A program made the position numbers and the translations under genes. The notes under the pieces were generated by a model, which saw only the letters and a program-made list of their open reading frames with translations, was not told where the DNA came from and ran no database searches. Below are positions 47,944-58,599 of a stretch of 64,000 nucleotides of DNA, piece by piece (within the stretch, counting starts at the first letter, position 1; the number at the start of each line of letters is the position of its first letter). The DNA is taken from NCBI GenBank assembly GCA_963703225.1, contig OY969801.1, positions 1,312,001 through 1,376,000 of the forward strand, in the 5' to 3' direction. Origin of the DNA: Candidatus Eiseniibacteriota bacterium (GTDB lineage Bacteria > Eisenbacteria > RBG-16-71-46 > SZUA-252).

Positions 47944-49121
47944 TGGAAGCCGAAACGCACCCCGAGTCCGGATTTGGCGAAGCGCGCGGGCTTGTCGGGC
48001 TGGTCGAACGGGCGTGGTCCGGGAATCCTGGCGCGCTCGCGTGGACGAAGCTTCTCCTGCCGCTCGCGGCGCTCTACGCCGCCGGCTCCGCCCGGTCGCG
48101 CGCCGGCGCGGCCGCTCGACGGCGCGCCCATCCCGCTCTCCACGTCGTTTCGGTCGGCGGCCTGACGGTGGGCGGAGCGGGAAAGACGAGCGTGGCCCGA
48201 TGGCTCGCGCGGGAAGCGGCTGCGTCCGGCGCACGGCCGGCCGTGCTCTTGCGAGGACACGGCAGACGACGGGACGCGGCGGGCACCTTCGTGGTCCCCG
48301 ATTTCGAGGACTATCCGCTCCAGGCGGCCTTCGATCGCGCGGGCGACGAGGCCGCCGCGCATCGCGCCGGGCTGCCGCACGGCGTGACGATCATCGCCGA
48401 TCGAAATCGGTATCGCGCGGCCGGCGTCGCAGCGTCCGGTTACGGCGCCACGGTCCTGGTGCTGGATGATGGGTGGGAGCAGGGAACCCTTCGATGGGAT
48501 GATCTTTGGGTCGCGGTCGATCCCCGATCCCCCGTGGGGAACGGATCGATGTTGCCGGCGGGGCCGCTTCGTCGCCCTGCCGCCACGCTTCGCGAGGCCC
48601 GGGTTCTCGCGTTCGTCCTGGAAGGCGGGGAGGAGGAGATCCCCGGCAAGACGGTCGCTTGGGCCAAGAAGATGGCCCCCGCCGCGGCGGTGCTTCGATT
48701 CGCGCGGGTTCTGGACGGCACCTCCGCCATCGGAGAAACGGCGATCGAGCCATGGCGAAGCGGAGGTCCTCGGACGGCGCTCCTCTCCGGGGTTGGCTCG
48801 CCGGAGCGGCTCACGCGCTTCGCGCGGGCGGCCGGAATCGATCTCGTCTGCCACGCCACGTTTCCGGACCACGCGCGGTGGAGCGCTCCCGAGCTTCTGC
48901 GCGCGCTTCGGGCCGCGGCGCGCGCGGGGGCGGCCCTGGGGCTGATCACCGAGAAGGATGAGCCCCGCTGGCCGTCGATGCCACCGACGGCGATTCCCGT
49001 CCGGGTGCTCCGCACCTCGCTAAGGCCCCTCGACCCTGTCGACACACTCGTGGAGCGGATCCGAGGGATGGCGGCCCGGGGCACCGGAGTCCACGCGGAG
49101 GATGGAGTGCTTCGGAGATGA
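47943..49121 (+). CDS. lpxK: Tetraacyldisaccharide 4'-kinase
   Basis: VSVGGLTVGGAGKT, GDE, VLDDG, LPAGPLR, FPDH, ITEKD. Confidence 0.88.
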   Translation: MEAETHPESGFGEARGLVGLVERAWSGNPGALAWTKLLLPLAALYAAGSARSRAGAAARRRAHPALHVVSVGGLTVGGAGKTSVARWLAREAAASGARPAVLLRGHGRRRDAAGTFVVPDFEDYPLQAAFDRAGDEAAAHRAGLPHGVTIIADRNRYRAAGVAASGYGATVLVLDDGWEQGTLRWDDLWVAVDPRSPVGNGSMLPAGPLRRPAATLREARVLAFVLEGGEEEIPGKTVAWAKKMAPAAAVLRFARVLDGTSAIGETAIEPWRSGGPRTALLSGVGSPERLTRFARAAGIDLVCHATFPDHARWSAPELLRALRAAARAGAALGLITEKDEPRWPSMPPTAIPVRVLRTSLRPLDPVDTLVERIRGMAARGTGVHAEDGVLRR

Positions 49122-50752
49122 AGAGGGCGTCTGGAAATCAGCTGGAAGCGGAGGTGCTCGTCATCGGGAGCGGCATCGCCGGGCTCTCGGTGGCGCTCCA
49201 CGCGGCGCAATTCGCGCGGGTCCTGATCGTGACCAAGGTGGACGCCTCGGAATCGAACACCAACTACGCCCAGGGCGGCGTCGCGGCGGCGCTGGGCCAA
49301 GATGACGCGCTCGCGATCCACGAGCGGGACACCCTCGAGTGCGGTCAGGGGCTCTGCGATCCGGAGGCGGTCCATGTCCTGGTGGAGGAGGGCCCCACCG
49401 AGATCATGCGATTGATCTCGCTCGGCGTCCGCTTCTCCCGGGATCCCAAGCGGCCCCGCCTTCTTTCCCTCGGGCGCGAGGGGGGGCACTCGCGACGGAG
49501 GATCGTCCATGCCCGGGATCGGACCGGACACGCGATCGAGCAGGTCTTGCTCGAGCGCGCCGCCTCCCATCCCAAGATCAAGATCTTGGAGAACCACGTC
49601 GCCGTCGATCTGATTCTCGCCTCCAAGCACCTCGCGGGGCGACGGCGCTCCCGGGACCGCGTTTGGGGCGCCTATGTGCTCGACCGGGAGACCGGTGCGA
49701 TCGTTCCCGCGGCCGCCCGCGCGACGGTTCTCGCGACCGGTGGATGCGGGAAGAGCTACCTCTATACGACCAACCCGGACATCGCGACCGGCGATGGATT
49801 GGCCGCCGCCTTTCGAGCCGGCGCGCCCGTCGCGAATCTCGAGTTCATGCAATTCCATCCCACCTGCCTCTATCACCCGGACGCCAAATCGTTCCTCATC
49901 TCGGAGGCGGTGCGCGGGGAGGGGGCGAAGCTCCTGACGACCGACGGAAAGCCGTTCATGCACCGCTATCATCGGCTCCGGGATCTGGCGCCCCGGGACG
50001 TGGTGGCCCGGGCGATTGATTTCGAGATGAAGCGCCGCGGCGACAAGTTCGTGCTCCTCGATCTGGCCCGTCTCGGTCGACGGCTCCTCACGCGGAGGTT
50101 TCCGCACATCACCAAGCGGGTGCTCTCGCTGGGGTACGACGTGTTCCACGATCCCATTCCGGTCGTGCCCGCCGCGCACTACATGTGTGGGGGGATCGTC
50201 ACCGACCTGGAGGGCCGGGCCGGCCTGCCGGGGCTCTACGCCTGCGGCGAGGTGGCCTGCACCGGCGTGCACGGAGCCAATCGCCTCGCGTCCAACTCGC
50301 TCCTCGAGGCGATGGTCTTCTCACGGCGAGCGGGGCGGGCCGTCCTCCGCCAAGTGGCGGCGGAAACTCGGGATCGGCTCCCGCGCCTGCCCGCGTGGCG
50401 ACTCGAGGGCGCGGTCCGGGCCAAGGAGCAGGTCATCTTCGACCACAATTGGGATGCGCTCCGGCGGGCCATGTGGGACTATATGGGTATCGTCCGTAAT
50501 GATGAGCGATTGGCGCGCGCCGCCGCGACGGTGGCGGTGCTCCGGGATCAGACGGAAGGCGACTACTGGCGATATCGGCTCGACGCCGACCTCGTGGAGT
50601 TGCGGAACATCGGGCTCGTCGCCGACCTCATCGTGGCCTGCGCGCGGCGGCGGAAAGAGAGTCGCGGGCTCCACTACAACGTCGACCACCCGAAGCTCGA
50701 CGACCGCCGCTTTCGCCGCGATACGCTGCTCACCCGGCAGGATGTGCGCTGA
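49118..50752 (+). CDS. nadB: L-aspartate oxidase
   Basis: IGSGIAG, YAQGG, REGGHS, QFHPT, SEAVRGEG, HGANRLASNSL, ESRGLH. Confidence 0.96.
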   Translation: MKRASGNQLEAEVLVIGSGIAGLSVALHAAQFARVLIVTKVDASESNTNYAQGGVAAALGQDDALAIHERDTLECGQGLCDPEAVHVLVEEGPTEIMRLISLGVRFSRDPKRPRLLSLGREGGHSRRRIVHARDRTGHAIEQVLLERAASHPKIKILENHVAVDLILASKHLAGRRRSRDRVWGAYVLDRETGAIVPAAARATVLATGGCGKSYLYTTNPDIATGDGLAAAFRAGAPVANLEFMQFHPTCLYHPDAKSFLISEAVRGEGAKLLTTDGKPFMHRYHRLRDLAPRDVVARAIDFEMKRRGDKFVLLDLARLGRRLLTRRFPHITKRVLSLGYDVFHDPIPVVPAAHYMCGGIVTDLEGRAGLPGLYACGEVACTGVHGANRLASNSLLEAMVFSRRAGRAVLRQVAAETRDRLPRLPAWRLEGAVRAKEQVIFDHNWDALRRAMWDYMGIVRNDERLARAAATVAVLRDQTEGDYWRYRLDADLVELRNIGLVADLIVACARRRKESRGLHYNVDHPKLDDRRFRRDTLLTRQDVR

Positions 50753-50753
50753 G

Positions 50754-51155
50754 ATGGCGATCGATTACGAAAATGCGATCCTCGACGTGGCCCAGAAGCA
50801 CGGGCGCTACAAGCCGAATGCCTATCGGTTCACGCTCGACGCGGTCCACCACACCGTCGAGCATCTGAAGGAAGTGCGCCACGTCTCCGGTCGAGAGCTC
50901 CTGGGCGGGATCCGGGAGCTGGCGTTGGCCCGGTTCGGCCCCATGGCCAAGACCGTCTTCGAGCAGTGGGGCGTCGGGCGGACCGAGGACTTCGGGGAGA
51001 TCGTCTTCCAGCTCGTGGAGCAGGGGCTTCTCGGCAAGACCGAGTCCGATACGATGAGCGACTTCGCCCGCGGCTACGATTTCGACGAGGCCTTCGTCCA
51101 GAACTTCGACTGGCTCGATCGAATCGCCCCCAAGCGGCGCGACGCCCTCGACTAG
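50754..51155 (+). CDS. Minf_1886-family protein
   Basis: RY..NAYRF, HVSGRELL.G, FGPMAKTV, WGV..TEDFGEIVF.LV. Confidence 0.85.
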   Translation: MAIDYENAILDVAQKHGRYKPNAYRFTLDAVHHTVEHLKEVRHVSGRELLGGIRELALARFGPMAKTVFEQWGVGRTEDFGEIVFQLVEQGLLGKTESDTMSDFARGYDFDEAFVQNFDWLDRIAPKRRDALD

Positions 51156-51162
51156 GCGCGCA

Positions 51163-53170
51163 TTGCCTCGCTCGAGGGCAAAGCATCAGAGCGCCTCGCT
51201 CCGCCTCCTCCAATACCTCCGTCCCTACCGGGGCAGGCTTGTGGGCACGGCGGCGCTCATGGTTGGCTTCGCGCTGACGAGCGGGATTTCGATCGGCATG
51301 ATCTCGCCCTTCGTGAAGATTCTGTTCACGCCGAGGGGTTCGGTCGCGACCTCGGTTCCAGCTTCCCGGCCGGGCGGCGTCGACGCGCGCGGTGGGGCGA
51401 TTCCCGGCCTGCCCGAGGTTCCCAATCTCTCGGCGTCGTCCCCGGCGGCGTCCGATACGTCGTCGGCCGCGGCCGGGTCGAGGGGTCTGGCCGCGGGTTT
51501 CAACGATTGGAAGCGCGACTTGAGAACCGCGTTCGAGCGCTTCTTCCTGATCGGCGATCCGATCCGCTCCCTGAACCGCATCTGCCTGACGCTCCTCATC
51601 GTATTCATGCTCAAGAACCTCTTCGACTACCTGCAGAGCGTTCTGACGGTCTGGGTGGAGCAGGCTGTGGTCCGGGATCTCAGGAACGAGGTCTACGGCC
51701 ATCTGCACCAGCTTTCGCTCTCGTTCTTCCACTCGCGACGAACCGGGGCGCTGCTCTCTCGCCTGACCAACGACATCGCGCTGGTTCGGGGCGCGCTCGC
51801 GGCCGGATTCAGCAATCTGATCAAGAGCGGCCTCCTCCTCGTCGTCTGTCTCTTCTGGATCTTTTGGACCTCTTGGAAGCTCGCGCTTCTTTCGCTGATC
51901 GTCGTGCCGCCCTCGGTGGCCCTGATCGTCTGGCTCGGGAAGAAGCTCCGCCGTCGGAGCACGATCACGCAGGAGCGGATGGCCGATCTGAACTCCATAC
52001 TTCAGGAAACACTCACCGGCATCCGGGTGGTCAAGGCGTTTTCCATGGAGGAGTTCGAGAAGCAAAAGTTCGCGCGGGCCGCCGCAGGATTACTTCCGCT
52101 CCTTCGTGAAACAGCGGCGGCTCGGCGCGATGGCGGGCCCTCTCTCCGAGTATCTGGGCGTGGTCGCGGCCACCACGGTTCTCTGGTACGGCGGGCACGA
52201 GATCCTCCTCCAGCGGGCTCTGGAGCCGCAGCAGTTCTTCATTTTTCTGTTTGCCATGCTCCAGCTGATGAACCCCCTCAAGTCGCTCAGCAACGTGAAT
52301 GCGACCCTTCAGGAGGGGCTGGCCGCGGCGGTGCGGATATTCCGTCTGCTCGACACCCAGCCGACGGTCGCGAACGTCCCCAATCCACGCGTGGCGAGCG
52401 GGGTGCGCGAGGGGTTTGAATTTCAGAGCATCTCGTTCCGTTACGGCTCCGGGGCCGACGTGCTCCACGACGTCTCGTTCCGCGTGCGCGCCGGGGAGGT
52501 CGTGGCGCTCGTCGGCCCAAGCGGGGCGGGGAAGTCGACGCTCGTCGACCTGGTCGCGCGATTCTACGACCCGACGCAGGGCCGGATCCTCCTCGACGGC
52601 GTGGACCTGAAGGAGTTCGAGGTGGCGTCGCTCCGCCGGATGATGGGGGTCGTGACCCAGGAGTCGATCCTCTTCAACGACACGGTCTGGAACAACATCG
52701 CCTACGGCGTCCCCGACGCCGATGAGGAGTCGGTGCGGCTCGCCGCCCGCGCCGCGAACGCGGAGCGGTTCATTCTGGAAATGCCCGAGGGGTACCAAAC
52801 GAAGATCGGCGATCGCGGCGTGCTGCTCTCCGGGGGAGAGCGGCAGCGGCTGGCGATCGCGCGGGCGATCTTCAAGAACCCCCCCCTTCTCCTCCTGGAC
52901 GAAGCGACCTCGAGCCTCGATTCGGAGTCGGAGCTCTTGGTGCAGGAGGCGCTGGAGGCGCTCTTCACCGGGCGCACCGCCTTCGTGATCGCCCACCGTC
53001 TGTCGACGATCCAGCGGGCGGATCGCATCCTCGTGCTCGACGAGGGGCGGATCGTCCAGACAGGAACGCACGCCGAGCTCGTCGCCTCGCCGGGCCTCTA
53101 CCAGAAGCTCCATCGACTCCAATTCCGCTTGGCGGAGGCGGAGATTTCCGCGCAGAACCGGGCGAGCTGA
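51163..53170 (+). CDS. msbA: MsbA-like lipid A flippase ABC transporter (frameshift near 52085)
   Basis: ABC TM domain (SRLTND, GIRVVKAF) and NBD (GPSGAGKST, LSGGERQR, LDEATS), located among LPS genes. Confidence 0.85.
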
Positions 53171-53173
53171 TCG

Positions 53174-54235
53174 GTGCCGCGCGGGCCGGCGGCGGTGATC
53201 CGGTTCTCCTCCTTGGGCGACGTGCTCCTCGCCGCCCACGTTCCCACGTTCTTGCGCGCGGCCGATCCGGGTCGCCACGTCGTCTTCGTCACGAAGGAGC
53301 GCTACGCCGGCGCGCTCCGCGGACATCCCGACATCGACCGCTTCTACATGCTCGAGGACGGCACGAGCGACCCCGCGGCGCCGGCGCCCCTCGGCGTGCG
53401 GGCCGCCCTCGGCGACCTGGTGGCGGCGCTTCGGCGCGAAGCGATCGACGAGGTGGTCGATCTCCACCAGAATTGGCGCTCCTCCCGGATCGTCGGGGCC
53501 TTCGAGCGCGCGCGCCGGACCCTCGCGCCCAAGTACTCGCTCCGCCGCCGGCTCCTGGTCCACGCCCGGTGGCTTCGCCCCGAGGCCGTGCCGCCGATCC
53601 TCACGACCTACCGATCGATCGCGGGCGTTTCGAACAACCTGCCGCTTGAGCCCTGGCTCAGGCACGCGCTCACCCCAAGCGAGCGGGCCCGCGCGGAAGC
53701 GCTCCTCAAAGCCGAGGCCGCCCAGGGCTTCGTCTTCCTCGGCGTGGGGGCGCGCTGGGAGACCAAACGGTGGCCCGCCCGGCACTTCGTGTCGCTGGGG
53801 GACTCGATCCGCTCGCATCTCGGCCTGGGTGTGCGCTACGCGCTCGCGCCGAGCGAGGCCGCCCTGGAAGCGGAGTTCCGGGCGCTCCTTCCGGCGGCGC
53901 GTCAGGCGGAGATCGTCACCCTGGACTTCCGGGAGGCCGCGGCGCTCGCCTCCTTCGCCACCGCCATCGTCTCGAACGATTCCGCGGTGCTCCATCTGGG
54001 ACCGGCGCTCGGCGTGCCGGCGTTGGGCATTTTCGGAAGCACCGTTCCCGCGTTTGGATTCGCGCCGCAGGGGATCCGCGACGCCGTCGTCGAGATCTCT
54101 CTCTCCTGCCGCCCCTGCGACGTGCACGGAAAGCGTCGGTGCCCGCTGAGACACCACGGGTGCCTCGAGCGGCTGACGCCGGACCAGGCGTTGGCCAAGC
54201 TTCGCTCGATGCTCGCCCCGGGGCGGGCCCCGTGA
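53174..54235 (+). CDS. GT9 heptosyltransferase-family protein
   Basis: RFSSLGDV, KRWP, SNDS..HL, CRPC. Confidence 0.9.
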   Translation: MPRGPAAVIRFSSLGDVLLAAHVPTFLRAADPGRHVVFVTKERYAGALRGHPDIDRFYMLEDGTSDPAAPAPLGVRAALGDLVAALRREAIDEVVDLHQNWRSSRIVGAFERARRTLAPKYSLRRRLLVHARWLRPEAVPPILTTYRSIAGVSNNLPLEPWLRHALTPSERARAEALLKAEAAQGFVFLGVGARWETKRWPARHFVSLGDSIRSHLGLGVRYALAPSEAALEAEFRALLPAARQAEIVTLDFREAAALASFATAIVSNDSAVLHLGPALGVPALGIFGSTVPAFGFAPQGIRDAVVEISLSCRPCDVHGKRRCPLRHHGCLERLTPDQALAKLRSMLAPGRAP

Positions 54236-55158
54236 CGCGAGTCCTAGTGACCCACCCCGACGCGAAGCTCGTCGCGCGTGAGGTGGAAGAGATTCTGGGG
54301 GAGCCGCTCGCCTGGATCACGCCGGGAGATCCCGACGTTCAAGCGGCGGAGGTCTGGTTCTGCGCCAGCTTGCCTCCCCCCGCGCCTCTCCATGTACCGG
54401 CGCTCCGCTGGATCCAGAGCGGCTGGGCTGGCGTCGAGGGCTGGTTCTCGAGACCCGAATGGCGCGAGGGCGTAACCCTCACCCGCACGGTCGGCGACTT
54501 TCCAGAGCGGATCGCCGAGTACGTCTTTGGCTACCTGCTCGCCCGCGAGTTGGACGCGGCGAAGTCGCTTCGACAGATGATAGAGAAGAGCTGGGAGCGG
54601 TGGACCCCCGGGACGCTCGCGGGTCGCGGTCTCCTCGTCGTGGGGTATGGGGCGATCGGAAGGCAGATCGCCAGGGTTGGCCGCGCGTTCGGAATGAGGG
54701 TGGAGGGAATCCGCCGGGGCGAGCACCAGGCCGGCCCGGCCGAAGAGGGAGTTCATGGTCCCGGCGCGCTGGATGATTGCCTCGGCCGCGCCGATGTGGT
54801 CGTGAACGTGCTGCCCCAGACGCCGGCGACGGAGTCGTTCTGGAACCGCGATCGTTTCGCGCGGATGCGGGACGGCGCCACGTTCGTCAACGTGTCGAGG
54901 GGCTCCACCGTGGACGAGGCGGCCCTCTTGCATGCGATCGGCCGGGGCCGGCCCGCGCGCGCGATTCTGGACGTGTTCCGAGAGGAGCCGCTCCCGCCAA
55001 CAAGCCCGCTCCGGGGCGTGGAGGCCATCTGGATCACCCCGCACGTCGCGGGGATCGGCACGGCGCACCCCCTGGCGGCCGAGTTCGCGGAGAATTGGCG
55101 CCGGTTCCGTGGGGGGCTTCCCCTGAGACACCAGGTCGATCGAGCGAGGGGCTACTGA
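54232..55158 (+). CDS. D-isomer-specific 2-hydroxyacid dehydrogenase
   Basis: GYGAIG, NVSRG, DVFREEP, TPHVAG. Confidence 0.9.
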   Translation: MTRVLVTHPDAKLVAREVEEILGEPLAWITPGDPDVQAAEVWFCASLPPPAPLHVPALRWIQSGWAGVEGWFSRPEWREGVTLTRTVGDFPERIAEYVFGYLLARELDAAKSLRQMIEKSWERWTPGTLAGRGLLVVGYGAIGRQIARVGRAFGMRVEGIRRGEHQAGPAEEGVHGPGALDDCLGRADVVVNVLPQTPATESFWNRDRFARMRDGATFVNVSRGSTVDEAALLHAIGRGRPARAILDVFREEPLPPTSPLRGVEAIWITPHVAGIGTAHPLAAEFAENWRRFRGGLPLRHQVDRARGY

Positions 55159-55273
55159 TCCGGCACGGCCATGGACGATGCGATCGGGGCGGGATTTGGC
55201 TTGATTCCGATACCCCTCGACCCATAATCGCCTCCGGCAGCAACCCCCAGGGAGACGCGGAGAGGAGACCCAC

Positions 55274-56356
55274 GTGGCCGTTCGGACGGAGAAGGGGCGC
55301 GAGGTGACGCAGGGGATGATGTGGGCGATCGAGAAGTCGGCGCCGGAGCCCGGGCTCAAGCGAGTGACCGCGCCGATCCCGAAGGTGGGCCCCCGAGACG
55401 TTCGGATCCGGGTGACCGCCTTCGCGATCTGCGGAACCGACCTTCACATCTTCGAGTGGGACCGCTGGGCGGAGTCGCGCATCCGTCCGCCGCTCATCCC
55501 GGGGCATGAGTTCACGGGGGTCGTCGAATCGGTCGGGCCGGAGGTTTCCCTGGTTCGGCCGGGCGACCGCGTCACGGGCGAAACGCACATCTACTGCGGC
55601 CTTTGCTACTCCTGCCGTCGGGGACTCGCGCACCTCTGCAACAACGTGCAGATTCTCGGCGTCGATCGCCAGGGAGCCTTCGCCGACTACGTCGTGATCC
55701 CCGAGCAGAACGTCTGGAAGCTGAATCCGAAGATCACCGACGAAATCGCGGCGGTGCACGATCCTCTCGGCAACGCCGTGCACACGGCGCTCGCCGGCCC
55801 GGTGGCGGGGCTTCGATTCGCCGTTTTTGGCTGCGGCCCCATCGGCTGCTTCGCCGTCGGCGTTCTCAAAGCTTCGGGGGCCGCGTGGGTCGTCGCGATC
55901 GACAAGAACCCGGTCCGACTCGACCTCGCGGAGCGGATGGGGGCCGATCTTTCGCTCAACGTGGAGCGGGACGCGGTGGTGTCGGCGATTCGCGACGCGA
56001 CCGGCGGCGACGGGGTCGACGGAATGCTCGAGATGTCGGGCAGCGCCGGGGCGTTCCGGGACGGCTTCGAGGCGCTCGCGAACGGCGGGCGGGTCTCGCT
56101 CCTCGGAATTCCCTCCAAGCCTCTCGAGATCGACGTGGCCAAGGAGATCATCTTTCGCGGAGCCACCGTCCAGGGGATCAATGGACGCTGGATCTTCGAC
56201 ACCTGGTACCGGATGGAGGCGCTGCTTCTGTCCGGCAAGCTCGACATCCGCCCGGTGATCACCCACGTCCTGGGTTGGGAGGACTTCGACCGCGCCGTGG
56301 AGCTGCAGCGTTCCGGCAAGGCGGGCAAGATCGTGCTGAAGAAGGACCATCCATGA
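55274..56356 (+). CDS. tdh: L-threonine 3-dehydrogenase
   Basis: ICGTDLHI, GHEF, GETHIYCGLC, DPLGNAVHT, LEMSG, GINGR. Start may be 55304-55319. Confidence 0.93.
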   Translation: MAVRTEKGREVTQGMMWAIEKSAPEPGLKRVTAPIPKVGPRDVRIRVTAFAICGTDLHIFEWDRWAESRIRPPLIPGHEFTGVVESVGPEVSLVRPGDRVTGETHIYCGLCYSCRRGLAHLCNNVQILGVDRQGAFADYVVIPEQNVWKLNPKITDEIAAVHDPLGNAVHTALAGPVAGLRFAVFGCGPIGCFAVGVLKASGAAWVVAIDKNPVRLDLAERMGADLSLNVERDAVVSAIRDATGGDGVDGMLEMSGSAGAFRDGFEALANGGRVSLLGIPSKPLEIDVAKEIIFRGATVQGINGRWIFDTWYRMEALLLSGKLDIRPVITHVLGWEDFDRAVELQRSGKAGKIVLKKDHP

Positions 56357-57559
56357 GCCCTGCCACCGAGAAGAAGGATCCGCTCGAGTTCCTCGACGAG
56401 CGCGATGGATCAGCTCCGGTCGGAGGGGCTCCATCGGCGACTCCGCGTCCTCCAGGGGGAGCAGCGCCCGGAATCGAAGTTCGACGGGAAGGACGTCATC
56501 AACCTCTCGTCGAACAACTACCTCGGCCTCACCACCCACCCCAAGCTGCGCGAGGCCGCGCTTCGCGCGGTGAAGGAGCTGGGGGTTGGCTCCGGGTCGG
56601 TGCGGACCATCGCCGGGACGATGGAGCTCCACATGGAGCTGGAGCGCCGGATCGCGACCTTCAAGAAGACCGAGGCGTCGGTCGTCTTCCAGAGCGGCTT
56701 CGCCGCGAACGCGGGGACCGTCGCCGCCATTCTGGGAAAGGATGACCTCATCCTCTCCGACGAGCTGAATCACGCGAGCATCATCGACGGCGCGCGCCTG
56801 AGCCGCGCCGCGATCCGCGTCTTTCCCCATCGGGACGTGGACGCCCTCGCGAAGCTCCTCGAGGAGACGGCGAGCGTGAAGCGACGGCTCGTGATCACCG
56901 ACGGGGTCTTCAGCATGGACGGCGACATCGCCCCGATGCCGAAGATCGCGGCCCTCGCGCGGGAGCACGGCGCGATCATGATGGTCGACGACGCCCACGC
57001 GAGCGGCGTGCTGGGCAAGGCCGGACGCGGCACGGTCGACCACTTTCGGTCTTCACGGCCAGGTGGACATTCAGGTGGGAACGCTCTCCAAGGCGATCGG
57101 CGTTCTGGGCGGGTACGTCTGCGGGTCGAAGACCCTGATCGACTACCTCTACCACCGCGCGCGGCCCTTCCTGTTCAGCACCTCCCACCCGCCGGCGGTC
57201 GCGGCGGCATGCCTCGCGGCCTTCGACGTGCTCGAGGCGGAGCCGGAGCTGATCACTCGCCTCTGGTCGAACACCGAGCGATTCAGGAAGGGCCTCAGGC
57301 GGCCTCGGCTTCGACACCGGCCTGAGCGAGACGCCGATCACGCCGATCATGGTCGGGCGAGGCCGAGCTGGCCATGAAGTTCTCGGACCGGCTCTTCGAG
57401 CGCGGGCGTGTTCGCGCAGGGGATCGGCTATCCCGACCGTGGCCAAGGGAAAGGCGCGAATCCGCACGATCGTCACCGCGACCCACAGTCCGGAGCGAGC
57501 TCGACCGCGCCCTCTCCATCCTGGAGGACGTGGGGCGAAGCCTCGGCATCGTTCGCTGA
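56353..57559 (+). CDS. kbl: Glycine C-acetyltransferase / AONS-family PLP enzyme (multiple frameshifts)
   Basis: SNNYLGL, NHASIIDG, DGVFSMDG, DDAH, GTLSKA. Start overlaps the tdh stop. Confidence 0.88.
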
Positions 57560-57578
57560 CGCGGACCCAGGCGCCGCG

Positions 57579-58599
57579 ATGAGCCGGCCCGGCCGCCCGC
57601 CTCTCCTGGTCCGGATCCCCAATTGGCTCGGCGATCTGGTGCTGGCGCTCCCGGTCCTCCAATCGGCCTCCCTCGAGCCCGCCGTCTTCGTCGGGCCGGA
57701 GCCGTTCCGGGCGCATTCTCGCGCCGCGCTTCCCCTTGATCCGCTATGTCGCGGTGAGTCGCGACCGCCGTTTTCGGGCGGCCGACGCGATCCGGGCGTC
57801 CAAGCCGCGGGCGGCGCTCCTTCTCACGGACTCGCTCTCCTCGGCGCTTCTCGTCTGGCTGGCCGGGGTGCCGGTACGGATCGGCTACGCCGCGGAGGGA
57901 AGAAGCCCCTGGCTCACGCACCGCGTGCGGCGCTCGGGCGCGGCGCGGAGCGCGTCGCGCGCCGCGGAATATCGCGTTCTGGCCGCCGCCGCGGGACTGG
58001 CCGAGCCCGCCGCGATTCCATCCCTCCAGGCCCTGCCCGAAGAGACGATGCGAGCCCGCGCGATTCTCGACCATGCGGGACTGGGGAATGCCGGGTACCT
58101 CGTCGTCGCTCCCGGCGCGAGCTACGGCCCGGCCAAGCAATGGGATCCCGACCGATTTGTCGAGGCCGCGTCGGGGGCCGCCCGGAAGTCGGGCCGCGCG
58201 GTTGTTCTCGTCGGGGCGTCGGGAGATCGCGCGGCATCCGCGGCGGTGGCGGCAGGGGTTCGCCGGGCCGGCGCCGCCGCCCTGGACCTCGCGGGATCGA
58301 CCCAACTTCCCGAATTGGTGGGAGTACTGGCGGGCGCGGCCGCGGTCATTTCCAACGATTCGGGGGTGATGCATCTCGCCGCGGCGCTCGGCCGGCCCAC
58401 GGTGGCGATCTTTGGGTCGACGAGCCCCGTCTGGACGTCGTCATCCGTTCCGTGGGTGGCGAATCTGTACGCGGCCTATCCCTGCTCGCCTTGCTACCGA
58501 CGCACCTGCCCGATCGGGTACGGGTGCCTTCGAGCGATCGCGCCGGCCGAGGCCGCCGCGGCGCTCGCCCGGCTCAGCGGAGAACGCGCGAGTACGTAG
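57579..58599 (+). CDS. waaF: GT9 heptosyltransferase II (WaaF-like, frameshift near 57715-57735)
   Basis: RIPNWLGD, PGASYGPAKQW, NDSGVMH, FGST, CSPCY...CP.G. Confidence 0.85.
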
